A DNA stretch of 64,000 bases from Eledone cirrhosa (taxonomy: Eukaryota), in the NCBI GenBank assembly GCA_964016885.1, contig OZ024740.1, positions 368,962,001 to 369,026,000 on the forward strand, written 5' to 3'. Positions within the stretch are counted from its first letter, which is position 1. Each line of letters opens with the position of its first letter. Below are positions 26,721-42,757 of this stretch, piece by piece. The translations under genes and the position numbers were made by a program. Below the pieces are notes generated by a model. The model made no database searches, had not been told where the DNA came from, and was given only the letters and a program-made list of their open reading frames with translations.

Positions 26721-28067
26721 TTAACACACCAGACGTAAATGGGTACCTTCAATCTATATATATATATATACTTGGTTAAGTATATTTCATTTCAATCTAC
26801 AGGTATCCTGGGGTCACAAACCCTCGCTGAAAATGTTTTCCCTTCGATTTATATGAAATTTAAATAAGTTTTGGAGATACACCCCCCATGACCATATATA
26901 TTCTGAAACTACATTTCCCAGATTGCTTGGATAAATATCTTTAATTTTAATCAAAGTGTTCCCCGGAAGCACAAACCCCGCTAAAAAATGTTTCCACTTT
27001 GACTTATATGACATTTAAACCATAGGTAAATGACATTCATATGAAGACTATTCACAAATTTCAGCAAATTTCAATAATATTAAGACACCCTAATGGGCTT
27101 TTTCTCCATAAATTATATCACTGATTTAAAATCAATCATCATTTTCTCACCAAATATGTGTGAAACGCAGCAATGCGCGGTTAATTCGGCTAATACAGAA
27201 TATAATAATAATATATAAATAAGAATAATATAAAAAATATGTTGATCTCATATAAATTGTTTATTTGTTATAATTATTTCAATGGTTCTCTTATGTAATC
27301 CAATATGTAATATATGCATTTGTTATGTGATATGCTGTAAGCAAAAAAAAACATGTCCTTCTCGTGTGGACATGTTTTTTTGTTTGCAATAATATTTGCT
27401 ATAATACATATTTGGTATAATATTTACAGAACCCTGCTTTGCAAAATACTAAAATATTAAAACCAGTTTTGCAAAATACTAAATGTAATTATATTATCTA
27501 TAGCATTTTTCCCTGCAATAATATTTCTTATGGATCAGTAATTCTTTTTTAATTAATTCTAAAAACTTTAGCCATATAATAAGAATAGCGCAAAATAGTT
27601 ACATAAAAAAATATGAATGTGGGACGAAACCAATAAACTAAACTAAATACATCATGACCTATAAAAACATTCCTCTTAATTCCCGCGTTTTAATATTTAT
27701 GTAATGATGTACACAACGCAGACGGTTGCACAGAAAATAATAGTTGGGATGTTCATATTCTAGCTATTCAGTCAAATATCGATTTACGAATCAAACTTTT
27801 AATGTATATTTTATATCTGTTGTAACTTTCATTGTAGTGAGCTGTAAGTAATGTAAAAGTCAATTTTTGTCTTACACATAATTCGAAGGATTTCATGCTA
27901 AGCTGCATATTGATTTTGTTTTCTTATTTATAGATATTATAGATAAAAGAGAAATAATATAATGTTTCAGAGAAAAACAATAACATAATGTTTCGGATTA
28001 AGAGTGCGATTTTATACAGGTTTAGAAATTAAAATATTCACACGAATTCAAGTTCATAGACACAAAC

Positions 28068-28104
<37 letters not shown>

Positions 28105-28361
28105 TTTTTTCCACTCGCTTTTTAATTTATGTTTAAGACTCGTTGGCTGAATTTCGTCTCCTGCCGTCACGTAAATTTCTGATTCAATGGCCAGTCGGCT
28201 GATGGCATCGTGATGACGCGTAGGGATTTCAGTTGCTAATGTGTATTGTTGCATAATTAATGCACATAGTGGATGTTGCGCATTCTATTGCTTCATTAAG
28301 TGTGGCAAAATCTCGAGTTCGGGTATAGATTGAAGGTACCCATTTACGTCTGGTGTGTTAA
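26721..28361. mobile_element. Segment bounded by a perfect 38-bp inverted repeat that begins with TTAA (possible non-autonomous piggyBac-like unit)
   Basis: 26721-26758 ttaacacaccagacgtaaatgggtaccttcaatctata is the exact reverse complement of 28324-28361. Confidence 0.45.
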
Positions 28362-29367
28362 ATCAAATAACTCAGTGTCTACTATGGGGTTTACTTCACA
28401 TTACCTATTGAGAATAGCAATATCGTAGATGTGAAAACGAAACTCAATACTGCTCAATCTGGAAGAGACCACATATGTTTTATTATACTTTTCATATTAA
28501 TACAGGGAACAAATGTGCTACCGAAGGTTTCAAGGCTCAAATTTGCCCATATCTCAAGAGAACAAGACTCAGCAAAATGGTAACATTTCGTCAGGCGCTA
28601 ATACGAATTTATAAAATACCGTTAAAAGAAAATTTTTATAAGACACCATGTTTGCAAATGATAACGCCATAAAATATATAAGTATGTATACAAATCAAAT
28701 TAAGGTGGTGGAAAGTTAGCCGAATTTGTTAAAATATTTCCATTTAGCAATCATTTGTGATTTGAGATTGAGGCATCCCCTTTGAGTTGAATTAAATATT
28801 GTTCTGATTTGACAACTCTTTTAAAATCCTAATTGAGAGAGGGTGTGTGTGTGGGGGGCTGGAGGCACTGTTACAGAAAGAGGTCACAAGAGTAAAACTA
28901 TTCAAGCCATATGGCTTCGTTTTCAGGGTTCTTAATAGTGATACGTTTCTCATGTATCATTAAAGTATGTTGATATAAGGATACCATTCCATGAACATTG
29001 CAAGCTAACTCATGCATTCTAGAATGACATCAATAAATGAAGAGAATTAATAATTATATCTTTTATTCAATAATCAAATTGTGAATATATCAATATATTC
29101 ATACAAGAATAATTGGTTTGAACTACCATTTTTTCCGTAGTTTTGTTTACTGTTAACTTTCATACAAAATACTGTCAGAAGAATAAAGCCCACTGAATAT
29201 TTCATCTTCTAAACAATTTTAAAATTCTTTTACATTATATACGTATGTGTATACATATATATATATATATATATATATGTATATGTATAAATATATATAT
29301 ATATACGTATGTGTATACAAATATATATACGTATGTGTATACATACATATATATATATATATATATG

Positions 29368-29405
<38 letters not shown>

Positions 29406-29442
29406 ATATAAGATCAAAAGATGGTTAAAGGAGTTCAATATA

Positions 29443-29509
29443 TTTTATTATGCGCATTTCAAAAACAAACATCATCAAACAATAATATTTGTGTTTTCAT
29501 CAGATAAAA
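29443..29509 (-). ncRNA. Canonical type I hammerhead (family I)
   Basis: ttttat CTGATGA aaacacaaatattatt gttt gatgatgtttgttttt GAAA tgcgca TA ataaaa. Confidence 0.9.
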
Positions 29510-31639
29510 CAGGAGAACATGATATGAAGGCTAAAAAAACACTTGTTGATAGTGCAGTTTTAAATCAACATATGAAAAGTGGTTTTAGATTGATGTGTGA
29601 TATTGGGAAAAATATTTTATTTAGAGAGGGGGGGAGAGAAAAGGATGAAAAGGGAAGGAGATGAGAGGGAGAGATGGGTGATAGAGAGAAAGAGATAGTT
29701 TTTATAACTGAGAGGAGATATATTTTATATAGAGGGGTTGAAAACCGTTGGAAGATACTGTATAAATTAAAAATTTTGAAAATTAACGAAGGGAGGATAT
29801 GTGCGAGGAAAAAATATATTATATTTAGGGAGGGGGGGGGGTGGAAAGGATGAAAAAAAGGGGAGGAGATGAGAGTGAAGGTGGAAAGGGAGAGATGGGT
29901 GATAGAGAGAAAGAGATAGTTTTTATAACTGAGAAAAAGATATAATGTTTTAATATAGAGAGGTTGGGAACCGTTGGAAGATAATGTATAAATTAAAGGA
30001 ATTTGAAAATTAACGAAGGGAAATTATGTATGAAGATAGAGAGAAAAAAATAATAATTGTGGGTGAATATTCTAACGTCAAAAGAAGAAATGTAGGAATT
30101 TTAAAATTAGCAAAGAGAAAAAGTTTATGTGTAGAAGGATTTGAGAAAAATAATGTGAAGTTAAAGTTTGTATATTGAATTCATATGTATTAATAATGAG
30201 TTCGTTGATGGGGAGAAAAACATAATAATAAATTAAGGATGAAATTGAGATTAAAAAGATTTATGATAGAGAGAAAAAATAATAATGATTGCGGATGAAT
30301 ACTCAAAATGTCAAAAACAAATGTTATTGTTTTACGAGGAGATAGAATGAGGGTAATGAGTAAACGAGTATTATAGAGTGTATAATGCCCTTTAAAGTAA
30401 GGTAGATGGGTATATTTTAAAGAATATATGAGTATATATTAAAAAAAATATATAATAATAAATTAAGGTTGAAATTGAGATTAAAAAGATTTATGATAGA
30501 GAGAAAAAATAATAATGATTGCGGATGAATATTCAAAATGTCAAAAACAAATGTTATTGTTTTACGAGAAGATAGAATGAGGGTAATGAGTAAACGAGTA
30601 TTATAGAGTATATAATGCCCTTTAAAGTAAGGTAGATGGGTATATTTTAAAGAGGTGTATGTATATGTGCCTTTGAGAAAAGATTCTAAATTGATAAAGA
30701 ATTGAATATTAACTGTATACTTTGTGAAAAGTTCTATTAAAATATACCCATCTACCTTACTTTAAAGGGCATTATACACTCTATAATACTCGTTTACTCA
30801 TTACCCTCATTCTATCTCCTCGTAAAACAATAACATTTGTTTTTGACATTTTGAGTATTCATCCGCAATCATTATTATTTTTTCTCTCTATCATAAATCT
30901 TTTTAATCTCAATTTCATCCTTAATTTATTATTATTTTTTTCTCCCCATCAACGAACTCATTATTAATACATATGAATTCAATATACAAACTTTAACTTC
31001 ACATTATTTTTCTCAAATCCTTCTACACATAAACTTTTTCTCTTTGCTAATTTTAAAATTCCTACATTTCTTCTTTTGACGTTAGAATATTCAGCCACAA
31101 TTATTATTTTTTTCTCTCTATCTTCATACATAATTTCCCTTCGTTAATTTTCAAATTCCTTTAATTTATACATTATCTTCCAACGGTTCCCAACCTCTCT
31201 ATATTAAAACATTATATCTTTTTCTCAGTTATAAAAACTATCTCTTTCTCTCTATCACCCATCTCTCCCTTTCCACCTTCACTCTCATCTCCTCCCCTTT
31301 TTTTCATCCTTTCCCCCCCCCCTCCCTAAATATAATATATTTTTTCCTCGCACATATCCTCCCTTCGTTAATTTTCAAAATTTTTAATTTATACAGTATC
31401 TTCCAACGGTTTTCAACCCCTCTATATAAAATATATCTCCTCTCAGTTATAAAAACTATCTCTTTCTCTCTATCACCCATCTCTCCCTCTCATCTCCTTC
31501 CCTTTTCATCCTTTTCTCTCCCCCCCCCTCTCTAAATAAAATATTTTTCCCAACATCAATCTAAAACCACTTTTCATATGTTGATTTAAAACTGCACTAT
31601 CAACAAGTGTTTTTTTAGCCTTCATATCATGTTCTCCTG

Positions 31640-31706
31640 TTTTATCTGATGAAAACACAAATATTATTGTTTGATGATGTTTGTTTTTGAAATGTGCATA
31701 ATAAAA
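31640..31706 (+). ncRNA. Canonical type I hammerhead (family I), mirror copy
   Basis: Same motif with stem III tgtgca. Confidence 0.88.
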
Positions 31707-31829
31707 TATATTGAACTCCTTTAACCATCTTTTGATCTTATATTATGCATACTCCAGTCCCACAAACTGTAGAGTGCTTCTTATCCGATATCTGCATTGC
31801 TTTATTGTACTACAATAAAACTCACCTCC

Positions 31830-31888
<59 letters not shown>

Positions 31889-31891
<3 letters not shown>

Positions 31892-32506
31892 AACGAGTAG
31901 GACCCCGACGGCTGAGCTCAAGCCGTTTCGACGGCTAATTCTGAACTAAATGAACATTTTTATCCTGGTATATGAATAGCCGAGGTTCTCAGGGGGTAAT
32001 TCCATATATGGTAAAAGTTATTTTCACAAGGATTGGTCAAAAGTTTGTTGTTGAGACACATAATTCTATCATGGCCATTTGTGGAAAAAAGGTGTAGCTG
32101 AACCTGCAAGTAGAAGAAATAGGAAGAGGGAGTGGGGGAAACCCAGTCGTGCGTTGATAGTGCCAACTACAGCAGTAGGGAGGGGGAGGGGGAGGAAGTC
32201 GAAACAATAAGTAAATCAATATGGAGTAAATATATATAATTGCCATGATAGATTTATGTGTCTCTACAACAAATTTTTGACCAATCCTTTTGACAATCAA
32301 TTTTTACCATATATGGAATTCCCCCCTGAAAAGCTCGGCTATTCATATACCAGGATAAAAATGTTCATTTAGTCCAGAATTAGCCGTCGAAACGGCTTGA
32401 GCTCAGCCGTCGGGGTCCTGCTCGTTCCTATTACCCACTCTACTACCCTAGGTATTACGTATTTTGGTGCGTTATGGTCCACCTGGTTCCTTACCACATT
32501 TCCTTC

Positions 32507-32508
<2 letters not shown>
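31889..32508. mobile_element. Palindromic element, family D, with hammerheads at 31903-31996 (-) and 32322-32415 (+)
   Basis: cccc CTGAAAA gctcggctattc..gaattagccgtc GAAA cggc ttgagctca gccg TC gggg; arms about 180 bp plus a one-sided tail. Confidence 0.8.
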
Positions 32509-32558
<50 letters not shown>

Positions 32559-32605
32559 GAGTAGAAAACGATTTTTCGTTTTCTATTCTATCATACTCTG
32601 CTCTG

Positions 32606-34374
<1,769 letters not shown>

Positions 34375-34380
34375 AAATAC

Positions 34381-34980
<600 letters not shown>

Positions 34981-35261
34981 AAATTTCTTTCTCCCGCTCT
35001 CTCTCTCTAAGTATCTTTTCAGGAATCCCCCCTCCACTCCAGTGCAAAGATACCGCATGCCCTCTGAAGTCAGCGATGGTGGGGGCTGTTAACGTGCTCT
35101 GAAGTTGGGTTTGAATAGTTCACCAGCCAGTATGTTAAAGAAAATATATACTTACAACAATAAAGGTTGAACCGAGAACAACTTTTTTTAACAAACTTTA
35201 CAATAATTTGTACAACCATAATGGAAATTCCAAGTAACAGAAAATACATAAATTACATTGT

Positions 35262-35500
35262 TAGAGTCTCAGAGTATACAATATTTTTTGCTTGGCACTC
35301 AGGAGCAAAGATGAAGAAATTGTTTGGCGAGCTCATCCTAGAGCATCCTACATACAATTGACCATGGTTTTCCCAGATGAAGGCCAGCAACTTTTAGGGT
35401 TTGACCCAGAGCTTTATTGATGGTAATCGCGAAGCTTAGTCTCTCTGTTGCTCTAGTAACATTTTTTCTTCTGGAAAATCTGATCTTGCGGCCAGGCTAG
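35262..35500 (-). mobile_element. Helitron Pif1-like helicase C-terminal relic
   Basis: RLSFAITINKALGQTLKVAGLHL..HGQLYVGCSRMSSPNNFFIFAP..KNIVYSETL, with a deletion and frameshift. Confidence 0.85.
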
Positions 35501-35639
35501 GATATTTTGGGTGGCATATTGGCAGTAACAATGACGATAAGCCGTTTGTGCTTTCGTGAAATAAAAACGTTTGTTTATATTTTGTTTTTTTTGTATGCAA
35601 ATATATGTGTACAAGAATATATAATTATATATATATATA

Positions 35640-35800
35640 TTAAAATAACAGATTAAAGTGTAAGCAAAGAATCGCTGCTTTCACCCTAAACGGGATCTTC
35701 TGAAACTAAAAAATCAATCTGTGAACGCAAAAGTAAATATCTCGAAAAAACATTGCAACCGGAAGAAAACAGGAAGATGATACTTTGGTTGGTGAAGACG
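35640..35800 (-). mobile_element. Family K terminal fragment with U4A hammerhead at 35649-35721
   Basis: Minus strand agttt CAGAAGA tccc gttta gggt GAAA gca gcgattctt tgc TT acact; matches the reverse complement of about 59535-59690. Confidence 0.7.
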
Positions 35801-36681
35801 TTAGGAATGTCGTATAACCGGAAGTGTTGACATTTGAAAAATTTTAAAAAGTGAATATTTAAATAAACGATAAAATATCTTGAATCTTTTAACAACATTT
35901 AGTAGACGAAAATACACTCACTTTCTTATTTGGAAAAAGTTACATGTGTGATGCAAATTTGGTGCCGTTTGGTCTAGCGGTTTGGCGGAAAGTGTTTTAC
36001 CTACATACGGCAGTCACCTTTATAGCATAGATTTATGTGTGTGTGTTTTTGTGTGATTGTGAATATGTGTGTATATGTACGTAAATAGACCAGGATTATA
36101 CAAGGAAAGCCATAATTCAGCAGCGTGCTTCATACTTGGGATAGTAGAGTGTAAATATAGTAGAGAGTGGTGGCCCGATGTCTAACCCCATGACCACTGA
36201 ATAACCATCCTAATATTTCAGACACGGAATACCGAACATTTCCTGCTGAAAAAAGCAAGATTCAACTCAGCTGCACGAATTACAAAGAAAATATTCGTAT
36301 ACATGTGCATATGTGGGGTTGTGCACGTGTACGCATACACATATGCCTATGTATGTGTATGTGGTTATATAGATATATGTGTGCATGTGTTTTTCCATGT
36401 CCGCATACATTTGTAAATACATGTGTGATTGTGTGCATATATGTATAAACGTGATTCCCAAAACCATTTTATATATATATATTTTCTTTTTCAGATGCGA
36501 GAAAACCCATAAACCCTCCATCTCAATTCTACTTTTGCAAAGCATAATAACTCTGAAACCAGTGAAGGAAACAAATAAATATTTTTAAAATACTCCAGTT
36601 GCATTTTAGATTTCTTTTCGTTATACTTTCACTCGTCTAGCACATCTCGTTTTTTTTTTCATTAAAAAAAGAGGTCAATAT

Positions 36682-36756
<75 letters not shown>

Positions 36757-38616
36757 TTATAAATATACATAAATATTTATAAATTCCTAAATTTATAATA
36801 AATTGAAGTGAAAGCAACTGGTGCGTGTGTTTCTTATTGGCAACATGACCCTCCCAATGTATAACAATATATATATATATATATATATGTGTGTATATAT
36901 ATTTTCTTAAATCTAAATAGTGAGTCTTGTTTGTCTGGAGTATTGCAGGTTCATCACAGGGTTATGAAATGAATGTTCAAATTCTACGTGGTATTGAGTA
37001 CATCTTTTTTGTGGGAATCCAATTCCCTATGAATCCTATTCAGGCACTTGGCCTATCTCACGTTTAATTAATACTTAATATATGCGATGTTACATAAGCT
37101 AAATATAATAATATACTTCCATGGACATCCGCATACTGTTGTTTTGTCGTTGCGACGAGATTGATTTGCAACGCATTCTTTATTCATGAAGAACATGAGT
37201 AACAATATTAAGTAGACAAGAAATACTGAATAACTGTAATAAAACATTGCAACTGGTTAGTTAAATATCTTTGTAGATAAATTACATTCTTGATACAATC
37301 CCGCAATCTCAAATGTGTGAGTGATTGATGCCGTTATACTTTTTCTTCATCTTTACGAATATAGCTTTATTAGCAGTATTCAACTGCGTATTGATATACA
37401 TGAAATGCAGTTTAAACATCTAGTGGATATATGATTCATCTGAACTCAATCAATAGTACGATTCCATCTCACACTCTTTCTGTCTTTCTCTACGTTGGAA
37501 TTTGCGTTACAAATTACCCCAAAAAAGAAACGGATATTATCACAAATATATATTCAGTGTATAATTCCGGCAGTCATTTGACATTTTCAATCATTCTGTA
37601 GAGCATTTATCATCTATTGCGTAGGTTATCGAGGTATATCTCACATTAATAAATATCAGCACCTTAACAAAACAATGAATAACATTATCTGCATTACATT
37701 TCTGCCATTCATTTCTATTATGTTTCAATAGATACGAACAAGGAAACTGTACAGTATTTTGCAATATATCATAAGTCTTTTCAAACTATGCTTTCTTATA
37801 TTAGAGCATTGTATTCGAAAACTATTCAATTACTCTTCCTTCAAAAAGGAAATTATTGACAAAGAAAGCAGATGATGAAGGTGTTCTATTCATTACATTT
37901 CACTATATTTATTTTCCTCTCCAGTGAATAATACTTGAAGGATTTCCTAACTTGTATGTCTTTTTTCGGTGAATAATATGAGTAGATATTGTAATTTTAC
38001 CTGATGATACGTTTGGAAATTGTTTTTGGCTACCATATTATTCTTCATAGTTTACTCGGGAGGTTCTGATAAATAAAGGACTCTCCGGTATTGAACTTTG
38101 CCATCCTATCCCTTGTAGGAATTTAATTTCATATTAAACAGATGAGATTTCTTTTAGATTATATAATTTTTTCAAGAATATATAATGACTTCATTATATT
38201 AATTTCACCACTATACAGCTAGGCATATATGTGTAATCGAAGAACATTATACATTGCATAACTCCTTTTGAATATTAATTTAATAGTATATTGAACATCT
38301 GAGCATAATGATAAATTAACTTCCTTATTTCCTATCAATACATGACTTAACTACAGTACAATCAATAAACGCAAATCAGTTCCAATAAATAGCTCTTTTG
38401 ATATGAACCAGAATGAAGTTGGGAAATTAATCTAAAAGTGTTATTTCTTGCTTTGCTTCTTGATAATTAAACCAGTAACATTACGGGTCAAATTTAACTT
38501 TGATCCAGAATTCATTTAACCAACTGTCTCTATTATCATTCCTTTTTTAAATCAATTGAACGTTGTAGGGCTGTTGGACGAATAATTTTACAGAAAAAAA
38601 GTAATGTTGAAATAAC

Positions 38617-38716
38617 AAACCTTTAGAAATTAAGCCCATGTGCTAGGTAACAAATGTTTCTAAGCCAAACCTTTAGAAATTAAGCCCATGTGCTAGGTAA
38701 CAAATGTTTCTAAGCC
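38617..38716. repeat. Perfect 50-bp tandem duplication
   Basis: aaacctttagaaattaagcccatgtgctaggtaacaaatgtttctaagcc occurs twice in a row. Confidence 0.9.
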
Positions 38717-39239
38717 ACCCTGTTCTATTTAATCATAACAAAGAGAAAGCATCATTAGAATAATTACCACGAAATCATATGGAAATAGCAGAGTCAGCAG
38801 CATTTCAGTGGTGCGATATTAACTGAAGACGACATGATAAATTCCCATCTTGTTTTCTATTCTATCCATATATTCCAAGGTGCAAAGCAGAAGCACAAGT
38901 CCCGATGTGACATTATTACTTATTAAAGACACAAATGTCAGAATTCGTAGTTTGAAAGCCACGACAATGCGGATTGGACTGAAAATAATTAACTTTTGAG
39001 AGAAATTACGTTAATTTATTCATATGTCCTGATATTTTGTGATCAATATCTCTTCTTCCTTCTTCCGAGGAAAATAAAGGATCTATGCCAGTGTCCCATA
39101 CTGGTGGGAAGTGGTTTTATTTTTTTTCCCAACCTCCTTTGTTTTTAAAAATTAAGGTCTGGACAGGTCAAGGGAGCACAGAGTTATATCCATTTAAATC
39201 GGGTTAGACATATATATACTGATGCATACAGACACACAC

Positions 39240-41150
39240 GCACGTGCATACACGTGTGTGCCTAGTTGTATGTTAAGTATTGTGAGCTTAATTCTAGTCT
39301 ATCATTGATTTGCGTGTGTGTTGTGGCTATGAATAATGCTTCCTTAATTATGAGATTGCCGAGCTTTCTTTCTTTTATTTCAACTGTTATTTTTGTGTGG
39401 TGTATTTTACATTTTTCTAAGTGTTTCTTGAAGGAGGAAGCGTTAGTGTTAATGAGCTCCTTAATCCTGATGTGTAGGTGTCTTGTGGTGTTACCTATAT
39501 AGAAGTTGTCGCAATTATCACTCTCGACTCGGTACAGACGCAGGCTTCGTGGCATATGTCTGTTTTATCGACTGGGCAACTGGCCAGCGTGCAGCGTCTG
39601 TCGTGTTATCTAGGTCGATTCACATATAGTTGTAGCGCAGTGAAATACCCGAGTGAGCTAGTTGTAAGTCTAGCCCTTCTCTTCGGATGGCCCTTCGGAT
39701 GGCCCTGCGGATTTTGTTGTGACATCACTGAAATGTGGAAGCGTCGGAAAGGAGATGTTGGTGGAGTGCATGCTTCGAATGCGGTGTTTCCTATTTCTAA
39801 TGTGGTTGGCAGAGGATGTCAGTTAACCGATTGGCTTAAGCACTTCCAAGAAGTGCTTGTTGTGCGTATCTCGGTCTCCTGTAGTGCTGCATTTATTCCA
39901 GATGCGTCTCAGTTCATTCCTTATGTATCCGGACTTGGCATCAAGGTGGAGGGCCGATATGAAATGGATAAACAGATCCCTGATGGCGGTGTTTCAGTAG
40001 AAGCTGGTGTGGATGCCCTCTGTTTCCGTTACCCTGAGTTGGAAGTCTAACAGGGAAAGGAATCCAGTGTCATCGGGGTGCTACATGCTGGAGAATTCCG
40101 TGTATATGTTGGCTCCTTCTTCACGGGATGGTGTAAGGATGAATATGTCATCTACATATCGGATGAAGAAGGCACAGTGGTGACAGGTATTTCAGGGCCC
40201 GGCGTTCCCCCTGGTTCATTTAAGTGATGGCCAGCAGGCGCGATATGTTGGATCACATAGGTAGTCCGGTTGTCTATCTGTATGTGTGATGGTAGAAGGT
40301 GAAGTAAGTGTTATCCAATGTGATAGTTATAAACTGGTGTATGACTGCCGGGTGGAGGTGATTGTAATAAATGTCTCAGAGACTATGCAGCCAGTTAATA
40401 AGTTGACAGCTGTGTGAGCGGGGACTGTAGTGTAGAGGGAGACAACGTCGAGTCTAAAGGTGTACCTATTGATACTACGTTAGTCTGTTTGGAGTTGGTG
40501 GAGTCTTTGAATAACTTCATAGGAGCTCCTGACACATCCGAGGAAGCTAGAGAGCATTGTCTTACGTATCTGGGTGAGGAGCCAGGAAAACTGATATAGT
40601 GGACTTTCTAGGCTGGAGACGATGGGTCTAATTTGGAGTTTAGTATTATTTCTGTGGGTCTTAATGATGTGGTAGAAAGTATTCAGTCTGCTAACTAAAG
40701 ATAAAGTTGTTCCTACGTTTGGGTCTTAATGAGGTGGCAGAAAGTAGTCAATCTGCTAACTCTAATGATAAAGTTATTCCTACGTTTATTTGTGAGTTGT
40801 CTTCTTCTGCAGATGTCAGACGAGATGATGTTGACTCGTTCTTCGATCTGGGCTGCAGTTATGTCTGAAATATATGTGTACAGTCCGTCATCGCTCAGGT
40901 GTTCAAATGCCAGGTCATCAAATGTGGCCTGGGAAATGACACAGAATGTCTTCTCTTTTTCGGGGTTAGATGAGGTCCCTTTCTAGCAGCTTTTTCAGGG
41001 CGAGTTGTTGAGTCCCGGAGAGATTTGGGGGTATCCTCTTCTGTTTCCGCAGCATACTGAATATAGACTGCTCCAGTCTCGCGAGTTTCGTATCAAGGTC
41101 ACGGTTGGCAGGTGAAGGACAGAGTTGGTTGTTTAGTTGGTATATCAGTG
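39240..41150 (-). mobile_element. Decayed Penelope-like element (RT plus C-terminal GIY-YIG)
   Basis: PNLSGTQQLALKKL, FYHIIKTH..IRPIVSSLESPLY, LDVVSLYTTVP, FIRYVDDIFIL, then LYRVESDNCDNFYIGNTTRHLHIRIKE..IIKEALFI (39262-39555); multiple frameshifts. Confidence 0.92.
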
Positions 41151-42570
41151 GATATGTCATTTTTTCTCGTGGAAATGTCACTTTTCTAAAAGCATATATA
41201 GTCACATTAAGGCAGGGGCGATACGTTTTCTCCGACGACTAAACAAAACATTCTTCTGGGAAGCAGACTTGCTAATAGACGTGATATTATCATTTCAACT
41301 CAAACAAGTGAAACATGTTTAGAGAAATGGGGCGGAAACAGTTGCTGTCTCGGAAATTATGATCAGTCAGACAAATGGAAGAAAAATATTGTTTCTGTGG
41401 GATTAATAGATAGTAGTTTAATCATAGTGAGCTTTCACCTAGGAGAAAACCTCGGTGACACAATCTTCAGAGGAAAGCTTATAGATACCTTTCAAAGTAG
41501 CACCAGGAAGAAAATCAATTAAGTAATCCAAACAGCTCGGTGGTAAGAAAATGAAATTTGTGACTTGGGGGCTTTTGATTAATAGAATATTCACATATTG
41601 ACAGAAACTACAACATAACCGGAATTGAGAAGATGATTAAGTTTTTCCGTTTAAAAAGAAATTATTCCCTAGCAATTGTGAGACTTACCCAAAAGTAACC
41701 ATCGATACTGCTCATACGAATCGCAGAATCTTGTTCACAGATTAGGTTGATCTCGCATTGAGGAATCACTATTAGAAATTGTGGAATAACGGTTGTTTCC
41801 TATTTCGTAGAGCAGTTGGTTGATTAATGTAACACGAGAAATTAGCCGTGCTAATTTCCTTTGGTTTTCCCATTGATATCAATTTACCATGTAAGCCAAC
41901 AGAATATTTACCACATCACTGCTTCATGCAACATTAAATTTTATCAGAGTAGGTTTTAGCTGTTACGACCTAAGATTATTTATTTTCCATGGAAACAAAG
42001 CAACATCGCTGACAGAATAAGAGTTTCTGCAACTTGACCTGATTACTGAGTGCTCTATCAATTTGTGTGTCCACTAAGCTTTAAGGAGCCACAGGCAGGA
42101 TATGTTTCGGACTGATTTGATGACTGTAAATGAATTATATATAAACTTTTAATGGTTAGATGCCAATCCTGTCACGTATAAATTTACATATATTACAGAG
42201 GAATAGGTCAAATGAAGTATTCTAATAAAAGGAAAAGAATGTATGCCAGTGGCATCGTAAATCGTAAATCAATGCCATGATACATTCCTTTACTTTCAAC
42301 ATATAAGAAATCCGATATAATTGCATTCATGTTCTTTTATCCAGAACTAATGAATTACTTCCGATAAATGTTGATTTGAAATGCGAAAGTTCAGAATCTA
42401 CAATAAGTACAGAGATATATCTAATAGATCAGCTAAATGTATTCTATCATAATCTAATATTGTTGTCACATACTTATGTTTTTCTTAAAACATCTAACAC
42501 AGAATAAACTTATAGACTGTATGTCAATTTTCAACACATATTCACTCTTTCATTATTTGGATCTAAATGA

Positions 42571-42757
42571 ATGGATTGGCAATATCGGTAGAGGGTCGGA
42601 CGCTATGCTTTCCCGTATAGAGTTACGGCCCTTGCCATTCTGAGTCCAAATCCTGCCGAGGTTAACTTTGTCTTTCATCCTTACGGGGTCAATAAAATAA
42701 AGTACCAGTAAAGCACTGGGTATTTTCTGGCCTTGTGCCAAAAAGTAGAAACAATTA
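42571..42757 (+). mobile_element. tRNA-derived SINE with 18-bp TSD
   Basis: Family match; attatttggatct(a/g)aatg at 42552 and 42754. Confidence 0.9.

Larger units (their letters stand above)
29402..31833. mobile_element. Large palindromic element: ~1-kb near-identical inverted arms with a hammerhead near each outer end, plus a one-sided tail
   Basis: 29402-30421 is the reverse complement of 30737-31747; 30452-30651 duplicates 30222-30421; tail 31748-31833; TA-flanked. Confidence 0.9.

Noticed and set aside
29128-29209. Minus-strand signal-peptide-like mini exon ([19 protein letters not shown])
   Set aside because: The donor site is weak and no partner exons were identified; needs RNA-seq.
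41200-42100. Possible esterase-like relic (ILLI..FLPGATL) upstream of the PLE at 39240-41150
   Set aside because: The catalytic GDS motif is absent and stops are frequent; cannot be supported without a profile search.
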